Made by a program: the position numbers and the translations under genes. This document shows, one piece after another, positions 1-6,844 of a stretch of 18,383 nt of DNA. How positions within the stretch are numbered: position 1 is the first letter of the stretch; each line of letters begins with the position of its first letter. The stretch is from a bacterium (GTDB taxonomy: Bacteria; Muiribacteriota; UBA6191). The notes under the pieces are model-generated. The model ran no database searches. It had not been told where the DNA came from and was given only the letters and a program-made list of their open reading frames with translations. Location: assembly GCA_036339875.1 (NCBI GenBank), contig JAYZAC010000069.1, positions 1 through 18,383 on the forward strand. Reading direction: 5' to 3'.

Positions 1-33
1 CAAAATACTGATTGTCAGTAGTTCTTTTTAGAA

Positions 34-1128
34 ATGAATACCATACTTCAAGTCGAACATTCTGTTACCGAATTGAGTTGGGATTTTGATCTAGTTAAAC
101 TTAAAATTGAAGCTGCTTTTGGACAAAAATTACAAATAGAAGCGAAGCAGTCTGCAGGTGCTGCTATTGAATGTAGAATTTATGCTGAGGATCCTCTTCG
201 GAATTTTGCTCCTTCCCCTGGAATAATTGATACCGTTAAATTTTCTTCCGATCATAAGGTCAGAGTGGACTCATATTTACGCGATGGTTTAGAAATACCA
301 CTTTTCTATGATCCTATGATTGCTAAATTAACGGTATGGGGAAAAAATAGAAATGCTGCTCGATTGAAAATGATTGAGGTTCTGACTAATTCTTGTTTGA
401 GCGGCATACCCAACAATTTGGCATTTCATGACTATATTTTGCGAAGTTTTGATTTTGGTGCTGGTAAAATCCACACAAACTATCTCAATGCAAATTGGGA
501 ACAACTCAGTATCGAATTGGGTAATGAGAGAAAAAGATTTTTACTGCTAAGTGCGGCAGTTGCGAGAATGCGCTTAGGTTGGCATTCAAATCATTCTGAT
601 CTTGGATTTCGGATTTTAGATCAAGAGGATGATAATGGTTTGGAAGCGCTTAAGTGTGCATTGATTATTGATTCAGGAGGACATCATCTTATAATCACAG
701 ATAATGATCTCGATTTAAGAGTTGAATTGGTGATTCTTGATTCTCAGGAACAAGGTATGCTTATTTTGCATCGATCAAAGCCATATTTTGTAAGTATGGA
801 GCAAAATGAAAAACGATTCAAATGTAACATTGGACCTTGGAATTTTGATTTTGAGATTTATGAAATAGGTAGCTTACCTGCTAGCTCATTAGGAAATGCT
901 GCAAAAATTTCCGATAATGTAGTTATATCACCCATTAACGGCAAAATAATTAGAGTACTAGGTAGCTTGGGACAAGTAGTTGAAGAGGGGCAAGTTTTGA
1001 TCATCCTCGAGGCTATGAAAATGGAAAATGAAATTCGAGCACCTATCAGTGGAGAGATTGAACTTTTAGTTGAAGAAATTGGTTTATCAGTGGAAAAAGG
1101 ACAAATATTATTGCGGCTCAAACCGTAA
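34..1128 (+). CDS. Biotin-dependent acyl-CoA carboxylase alpha subunit (PCC/MCC-like), C-terminal part: end of the biotin carboxylase domain, BT-like linker and biotin carboxyl carrier domain; 5'-incomplete
   Basis: Contains FFLEMNT.LQVEH.VTE (the similarity starts upstream of the ATG, at about nt 22), AIECRIYAEDP..NFAPSPG, RVDS, YDPMIAKL and the C-terminal biotinylation motif EAMKMENE. ATG 34 is the internal M of the EMNT motif, so the true start lies outside the window. An in-frame TAG occurs at 19-21. Confidence 0.9.
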   Translation: MNTILQVEHSVTELSWDFDLVKLKIEAAFGQKLQIEAKQSAGAAIECRIYAEDPLRNFAPSPGIIDTVKFSSDHKVRVDSYLRDGLEIPLFYDPMIAKLTVWGKNRNAARLKMIEVLTNSCLSGIPNNLAFHDYILRSFDFGAGKIHTNYLNANWEQLSIELGNERKRFLLLSAAVARMRLGWHSNHSDLGFRILDQEDDNGLEALKCALIIDSGGHHLIITDNDLDLRVELVILDSQEQGMLILHRSKPYFVSMEQNEKRFKCNIGPWNFDFEIYEIGSLPASSLGNAAKISDNVVISPINGKIIRVLGSLGQVVEEGQVLIILEAMKMENEIRAPISGEIELLVEEIGLSVEKGQILLRLKP

Positions 1129-1188
1129 TCAGAAATTTAGATTAATTTCATACCGTGCACTGAGAAGCTTGAATGTATTTAATAGAAT

Positions 1189-3831
1189 ATGATTAAAGTT
1201 TTGATAGTTGACAATGACGAGCAGATTCATATTGAGTTGCCGAAACTTTTTTCGGGAGCTCTAGTTTCTTTCAAACATTCGTTTACTTTTCAAGATGCAG
1301 TCATGAAGTTGGCCCAGCAAGAATTTTCTCTACTAATAACAGATTCTTTAATTGGAGAGTTTTCAGGATTAGAGCTAATTAAGATATCTAGTGAGTATCG
1401 ACCTGATACCAAAGTATTGATTGTATCTGATGAAAAGGAGTCATCTTTGATTGAAGATGAATTACAGACAATTAATATTCTTTCAAAGCTATCCAAGCCA
1501 ATAGATGCCCGTCAAATTTATAAATTGTTCTCAGATGAGTTTAATATTGAACCATCTGAGTTTTTACCATCTAATGCTCGCGATGCTCTTTATGAAGATA
1601 GCGATTCTGACAATTTAAAGAGTTCCTCTTCCGAAAATCTAACTAGTGAGAATGACTCAGAGAATCTAGAAATTAAACCTTCCTCAGATGAAGATATTTC
1701 GCAAAGTCAGGATGATCCAGATTCCCAGATAAATGATGCTAAACAAGATTCAACTCCAGATGATGAGAGTATAGATTTTCAATCAAAAACGACAATAGAG
1801 GATGTTCCTAAGACGACCAACGAATTGCCCATAAATGACGTAATTGAGGATATAGTTGAGGAGGATTCTTCTCGTCAAGCTAAAAAGTCTAGCGATGACT
1901 CCACAGACCCGCCAGAAGAATTAAATGATGTATTAGTTGATCAAGTTGAGGATTATTTAGATCTTGATAATGAAAATACTGATTTTGGCTTACAATCCCA
2001 ACCAGACTCCGCTTCATCAGAAACATCAGAGAAAAGTTTAACTAATTTTGATTCTCTTTTCAGTGAAAATGATGAATTTAGCGATGATACAGAGGACTTA
2101 GGTTTAGAAGATCAGCAGATAATTGATAATGATGAATTTACAGATAAGGCTAATTCCCGTACCAGTTTTACAGATAGTTTTGGGCAGGAAGAAGACGATC
2201 TGACAGAGCAATTATTATATTTGGATTCTTTAGTTAGTGAGATTGAATTTGTCGATGAAGAGATCGGTGACTCTGAGGTGACCGACAGAATTTCGGATGA
2301 AGTTAACATTGAAACTGTTAAGGAGCGTAAAGAGCGTCTAGAACTATTAAATTCTGAAAATGTAGATGAGGATACCGAGGACGAAAGTGTATCAGAAAAT
2401 GAAAAGCAAGATACATCTGTAAAATATTCTGAAAAAAAGAGGCCAGATGATTCTTACTTAACGATTATTGTGAGTCAGGATCAACTTGAAGCTTCCTTGA
2501 TTTTGTACCCTCATGAAGAGGATTTTCATTCGGCTGGAGATATAAAAAAAGAACTTGATCGAGCAGGAGTTGTATTTGGAATTGAACATCGAAAAATAGC
2601 AGAGTTATTAGATCAAGTAAATAATGATCGCAAACCTGCATTAGGTGAAGTTATTGCAAAAGGTCAACCTGCAATACCAGGTAAAGATGCTGAAATTTTG
2701 TATGAATTTTCTCTAGAACAGCCTGAATTAGTTATTATTGAAGATCAATTTGGTAGAGTTGACTATAAAGATATTTACCAAATAGATTCTGTTCAGGAAG
2801 GTGATCTTGTTGCTACCTTAGTTCCCTCAGAGCCTCCCGAAGATGGCACAAGTGTTTTAGGAAATCCTATTGTTGGTAAGACCGGAATGGAAACACGAGT
2901 CATGAATGGTAAGAATTGTTTTTTTGATGAAGGAGATTTACGTTTCTATGCGGAAATAACAGGCCAACCCCTATTAAAGAATAATAAGATAGTAGTAGTC
3001 CCAATTTTTACAGTAGCGGGCGATGTTGATCTTAGTGTAGGGAATGTTAATTTTTTAGGTAGTATAGTAGTTAACGGTAACATCAATGCTGGCTTTTCTG
3101 TAACAGCTTCAGAGGATATACGTGTTTTAGGCAACGTTGAAGGTGCATTTCTAAAGGCAGGAGGAGAAATAGCAATAAAAAAAGGCTTTATAGGAGGTGA
3201 CAAGGGCCAAATTAGTGCTGTTCGTCACATTACTGTTAAGCATTGTGCTAATGGTACTATGAAGTGTGATGGTGATATTCTTGTGGAACAATACGTTTTA
3301 AATTCTGATGTTAGCTGCAAGGGTAAGCTAAAAAGTATGACTGGTAAGGGGTGTATTATTGGAGGTTTAAATCGAGCAGTCAAGGGCATTGAGTGCCTAA
3401 ATCTAGGTTCAGAACTTGGTGTACATACGAATGCTATTGCGGGGGATAATTATCTAGTGGCTGAAATGCTAAAGAAAATCAATCGTTATTTGAAGTTATT
3501 TCACGAACGTATGAAAAAGATTAGAAAAGGAATAGACATATTCACTCAGAGACTAAGTCATCGGTCCGACTTAGGTTCTAAAATTCAGGAGCTGCAGAAA
3601 ATTTTGAAATTATTAATTCAAAGAGAGCAAATTCTGAGAAATCAAAAAGAAGCTTTGTTGAAGCGTCTGAATCTGAAATGTAATGCAAAAATTAAAGTAA
3701 AAAATACAGTATTTCCAAATGTTAAATTACAAGTGGGAAATTCGGTACTGAAAATCAACGATGCATTGATAGGTTGTGCGTTCTCCGAAGATAAATATAA
3801 GAGCGTGATACATTTGGGAAGTTTTGAGTAA
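1189..3831 (+). CDS. FapA (DUF342) family protein fused to an N-terminal receiver domain through a ~300 aa acidic low-complexity linker
   Basis: The N-terminus has a receiver pattern (KVLIVDND...LLITD...SGLEL...VLIVS...SKP). Residues ~120-420 are D/E/S-rich. From ~nt 2455 the DUF342 pattern appears: IIVSQDQLEASL, GVVFGI, VIAKGQPAIPGKDA, GRVDYK, V.EGDLVA, GTSVLG, VAGDVDLSVGNVNFLGSIVVNGNI, IIGG, C-terminal coiled coil and VFPNV. Confidence 0.88.
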   Translation: MIKVLIVDNDEQIHIELPKLFSGALVSFKHSFTFQDAVMKLAQQEFSLLITDSLIGEFSGLELIKISSEYRPDTKVLIVSDEKESSLIEDELQTINILSKLSKPIDARQIYKLFSDEFNIEPSEFLPSNARDALYEDSDSDNLKSSSSENLTSENDSENLEIKPSSDEDISQSQDDPDSQINDAKQDSTPDDESIDFQSKTTIEDVPKTTNELPINDVIEDIVEEDSSRQAKKSSDDSTDPPEELNDVLVDQVEDYLDLDNENTDFGLQSQPDSASSETSEKSLTNFDSLFSENDEFSDDTEDLGLEDQQIIDNDEFTDKANSRTSFTDSFGQEEDDLTEQLLYLDSLVSEIEFVDEEIGDSEVTDRISDEVNIETVKERKERLELLNSENVDEDTEDESVSENEKQDTSVKYSEKKRPDDSYLTIIVSQDQLEASLILYPHEEDFHSAGDIKKELDRAGVVFGIEHRKIAELLDQVNNDRKPALGEVIAKGQPAIPGKDAEILYEFSLEQPELVIIEDQFGRVDYKDIYQIDSVQEGDLVATLVPSEPPEDGTSVLGNPIVGKTGMETRVMNGKNCFFDEGDLRFYAEITGQPLLKNNKIVVVPIFTVAGDVDLSVGNVNFLGSIVVNGNINAGFSVTASEDIRVLGNVEGAFLKAGGEIAIKKGFIGGDKGQISAVRHITVKHCANGTMKCDGDILVEQYVLNSDVSCKGKLKSMTGKGCIIGGLNRAVKGIECLNLGSELGVHTNAIAGDNYLVAEMLKKINRYLKLFHERMKKIRKGIDIFTQRLSHRSDLGSKIQELQKILKLLIQREQILRNQKEALLKRLNLKCNAKIKVKNTVFPNVKLQVGNSVLKINDALIGCAFSEDKYKSVIHLGSFE

Positions 3832-3873
3832 ATATTTCAAAAATATTCAAGTTATCTATCTGGAGTTATTTTA

Positions 3874-4593
3874 ATGGATGATGAAAAGAGAGATGAGTTT
3901 TACGAATTATGTAGCAATCGCCTAGAGTCAGTTCGACTGACCCTTGTAGAAAATGAAGAAGTCAGTTTTACATCCAAAGTTTATTTCATTGATGAAAAAA
4001 AGATTGAACTCACATTTAAGAAGGTGAAGGGTGAATTCCCCATTATTAAGCCTGAAGACAAGTTAGATTTTAAGGGAGCATTAAGCGATGGTAAGCAATT
4101 ATTATGCTACGTGACAGTAAAGATCGTTCGAAAGTCGGTTGATTCTACCAAACCCTCTATATTAGAAGTGCATTGGCCCGATGATTTTGCAAAAAAGCAG
4201 ATGAGACAGGACGTGAGAGTTCGGGCGGCGGTTAAAATATTATTTACTGGGGAATTAGATGAAAATCGTTGTTTTCCCGAGGATCAAATTTCTTCAGGGA
4301 TTCTCTCTGACATTTCTAGAGGTGGCTGCTTTGTGCTTACCAGAGATAAGATTATATACAAAGGAAAACCAATTTTCTTGTATTTGTACGTGAAAAATGA
4401 CCAAGATGAAATAGTTATTAATACTGTAGTTCCAGGACGCGTAGTAGTGGTTAAGTCCGTTGGTAATGATAAATCAGTAAAGTGTCAGGGAATGGCTGTA
4501 AATTTCTTGAATATGAGTAAACAGACCGAAGACAAATTAGTTAATTGGATTTTTGAGGAACAACGAAAGCAATTAGCAGAGCGACGTGGTTAA
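3874..4593 (+). CDS. PilZ-domain c-di-GMP-binding protein, YcgR/flagellar-brake-like
   Basis: RxxxR motif (RQDVR, 4204-4218) and D/NxSxxG motif (DISRGG, 4309-4326), preceded by a ~105 aa beta-rich N-terminal domain and ending in WIFEEQRK. GGAG RBS lies upstream. Confidence 0.88.
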   Translation: MDDEKRDEFYELCSNRLESVRLTLVENEEVSFTSKVYFIDEKKIELTFKKVKGEFPIIKPEDKLDFKGALSDGKQLLCYVTVKIVRKSVDSTKPSILEVHWPDDFAKKQMRQDVRVRAAVKILFTGELDENRCFPEDQISSGILSDISRGGCFVLTRDKIIYKGKPIFLYLYVKNDQDEIVINTVVPGRVVVVKSVGNDKSVKCQGMAVNFLNMSKQTEDKLVNWIFEEQRKQLAERRG

Positions 4594-4648
4594 TCATAAA
4601 TCAGACTGAAATTCGAAGCATCTTGTAGCATCTAATGTTACGAAAAAG

Positions 4649-4654
4649 TATAAT
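4649..4654 (+). promoter_or_regulatory. Possible sigma-70 -10 box upstream of the stand-alone response regulator
   Basis: Perfect TATAAT in the 96-bp intergenic gap. The -35 match is poor (TAGCAT at 17-bp spacing). Confidence 0.35.
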
Positions 4655-4689
4655 TCGATTTCACTTAATATGCAGTTTAAGTAGGAAAG

Positions 4690-5115
4690 ATGATTTTAAT
4701 TGTAGATGATGAAGAGTTAGTAAGTGGAACTTATCAAGATTTTTTGAGACTGGAAGGTTACTCTGTCGAAATAGCTAATTCCGTTGCAGTAGCTAGGGAG
4801 AAGTTAAGTCAGTATAGATTTGATTTAGTGGTCACTGATTACAAGATGCCTCGCGAAGATGGGCTCGACTTAATTCATTATCTAAATGATAACTTCCCTG
4901 AGATCAAAGTTGTAATGATTACAGGTTTTCCTGAAAAAAAAGCAACTCATCAAGCTTTTCGCGACGGCATTGTTGAATTTCTATTTAAGCCCGTTGAGAG
5001 AGAAGAATTAGTCATTACGATCAAAAAACTAATGTCCCAGGAACCTACTGTATTGAATGATTCTGAAGATGCTACTATCGATGAAATATTGAAGGATCTA
5101 AATGAATCTCTCTAG
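4690..5115 (+). CDS. Single-domain response regulator (receiver only, short acidic tail)
   Basis: ILIVDDE, DLVVTDYKMP.EDGLDL, VVMITG and FLFKP: all canonical receiver residues are present and there is no output domain. AGGA RBS. Confidence 0.92.
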   Translation: MILIVDDEELVSGTYQDFLRLEGYSVEIANSVAVAREKLSQYRFDLVVTDYKMPREDGLDLIHYLNDNFPEIKVVMITGFPEKKATHQAFRDGIVEFLFKPVEREELVITIKKLMSQEPTVLNDSEDATIDEILKDLNESL

Positions 5116-5800
5116 TTTAATATTGTTTATTTCACCAATATTTTTATTAGGGATGCAATCTAATTTATATGCTTGCGAGACTTTTCAAGCTGGGAATCAG
5201 GCTTACTTTAATGCTCAGTATGAAGAAGCCGTAATTTCATACGAAGAATGTTTATCAGATCCCAGTTATTCATTGCACTCTAATCTAGCTAGTAGTTATT
5301 ACAAACTCGGTAAAATGGGTAAATCTTATTTTCATTTTTTGAAGGCACAGCAATGGAACCCAAAGCATCAAAATTTATCTTTTAATCTGAATTTACTACA
5401 AGAATCATTAGTAGACCAAGAGGAACCTGAATTTTTGGAGCAGGTCAGTAGGAATGGTGCTTTTGAATATAAAGTTCTATTTTTTCTTGTAGTGTTGTGT
5501 GGCATTGGCTCACTAATGAGACTCAAACTGGGTAGTTGGTTATTATTCTTAAGTCTGGGACTACTCATCTTATGGTCTATTTACCATTGGGATATTCTAG
5601 TTGAACAACCTAAATTTGGTGTTGTTATTGAGAGTAGTCAATCAATTTTTTCAAATCAAAACTTGCATTCGTCGGTCTTAACTGATGTTCATGCCGGTAA
5701 ACTACTACGAATAATCTCGGAACACGGAGAATGGGTGCAGGTGATGGTTCAGCCAGGGCTTCAAGGGTGGGTTCCGAGTAATATCCTTGGTAAACTTTGA
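5102..5800 (+). CDS. BatE-like protein: signal peptide, TPR, two TM helices, C-terminal SH3b domain
   Basis: Hydrophobic N-terminus; FQAGNQAYFNAQYEEAVISYE...NLASSYYKLG...KAQQWNP...NL TPR pair; two hydrophobic segments; HAGKLLRIISEHGEWVQV...GLQGWVP SH3-like end. Overlaps the upstream gene by 14 bp. Confidence 0.75.
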   Translation: MNLSSLILFISPIFLLGMQSNLYACETFQAGNQAYFNAQYEEAVISYEECLSDPSYSLHSNLASSYYKLGKMGKSYFHFLKAQQWNPKHQNLSFNLNLLQESLVDQEEPEFLEQVSRNGAFEYKVLFFLVVLCGIGSLMRLKLGSWLLFLSLGLLILWSIYHWDILVEQPKFGVVIESSQSIFSNQNLHSSVLTDVHAGKLLRIISEHGEWVQVMVQPGLQGWVPSNILGKL

Positions 5801-5809
5801 GGAGACTTT

Positions 5810-6778
5810 ATGAGCTGGAAAGAAGTTTTATTAAGTAAGCAGTATTTGTTTCACAAAGACAATGGTCTTACTTTACTTGACTCAGGGAGTTTAGGAGAGG
5901 CGAGAATAGAGTTTGAGAAAGCTCTCAGTATCTTGCGTAAAATAAAGTCTTTGGAGGAAGAGGAACTTGAAGACAAACTGGAGACAATTTCTAAATCACT
6001 AACTACCCAAAGTATACAAACCGCAAGAGATTTTTGGAATGAGGGTGATCTAGAGTCAGCTCTTAACTTTTATCAAAATGCCTTAGGAACTGTCAGAAAT
6101 GCTGCATTAAAAGATGAATTAGTAGTGGAAATATCGAAACTTAAATTAGAAATTCAACCTAGTGAACAAATTGAATCGTTGCAGAATGAGGTAAAGAATA
6201 GTCCTGGTAAAGTAGAAAAAATATTCGATTTAGCTATGGAGTATGCTCTAGCAGGTTTTTATGAACAGGCTATTTTTGAATTGAAACAAGTATTGAATAT
6301 CGATCCGAATAATGAAGAAGCTTATTTGAGATTAGGTAATGCCTATGCAGATACCAATCATTTCATGGAAGCTCGTAATGCATACCAGAATGGCCTTGAT
6401 CTAAACGGTCAATTGAGCTCTCAATTTGAGTATCGTCTGGGACAAGTTTTTTTCAATTGCCAAGAATTTAAGGAATCGGAGAGATTCCTACTGAAATCAC
6501 TTGAAAAAGACGGGGAACATATTGACGCCTTAATGACTCTTGCGAAGCTCTATAAACGTTTAGGTTCGAGAGATCAAGCCATCGATTATTTCGAGAGAGT
6601 TTTGGCACTTGATCCAGAAGATGGTCAAACTATGTTGACCGTTGCGAATCTGTGGGAAGACTCTGGTTATATTAAAAATTCCAGAGAAATTTGGAGAGAA
6701 ATACAAGAGACTAACTGTGACTCAATTTACAAAGAGGAAGCTCGAGAAAAATTATTATTTTACGAGTCACAAGTGTAG
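5810..6778 (+). CDS. Tetratricopeptide repeat protein
   Basis: Multiple TPR units (LAMEYALAGFYEQAIFELKQVLNIDPNNEEAYLRLGNAY; LAKLYKRLGSRDQAIDYFERVLALDPED). Strong GAGGAG RBS. Confidence 0.88.
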   Translation: MSWKEVLLSKQYLFHKDNGLTLLDSGSLGEARIEFEKALSILRKIKSLEEEELEDKLETISKSLTTQSIQTARDFWNEGDLESALNFYQNALGTVRNAALKDELVVEISKLKLEIQPSEQIESLQNEVKNSPGKVEKIFDLAMEYALAGFYEQAIFELKQVLNIDPNNEEAYLRLGNAYADTNHFMEARNAYQNGLDLNGQLSSQFEYRLGQVFFNCQEFKESERFLLKSLEKDGEHIDALMTLAKLYKRLGSRDQAIDYFERVLALDPEDGQTMLTVANLWEDSGYIKNSREIWREIQETNCDSIYKEEAREKLLFYESQV

Positions 6779-6815
6779 TTGCATATAGATCATAAGGTAG
6801 CTATATACTGACGCT

Positions 6816-6844
6816 AGCAAGAATTGATCTTGGTCAATTAGCTA
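6816..6844. terminator. Imperfect inverted repeat between the convergent TPR and flgE genes; possible weak bidirectional terminator
   Basis: TAGC..AATTGA-TCTTGG-TCAATT.GCTA immediately after the flgE stop. The stem is AT-rich and lacks a strong U tract. Confidence 0.25.

Noticed and set aside
19..21. TAG read-through / alternative genetic code
   Set aside because: TAG ends other genes here at sensible positions (5115, 6778), and this TAG sits among several other apparent point errors.
1550..2450. DNA tandem repeat or CRISPR-like array in the acidic linker
   Set aside because: The low complexity reflects Asp/Glu/Ser codons; no regular nucleotide repeat unit was seen.
3831..3850. Short direct repeat AATATTTCAA/AAATATTCAA between fapA and pilZ
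   Set aside because: Two imperfect AT-rich copies only; expected by chance at this base composition.
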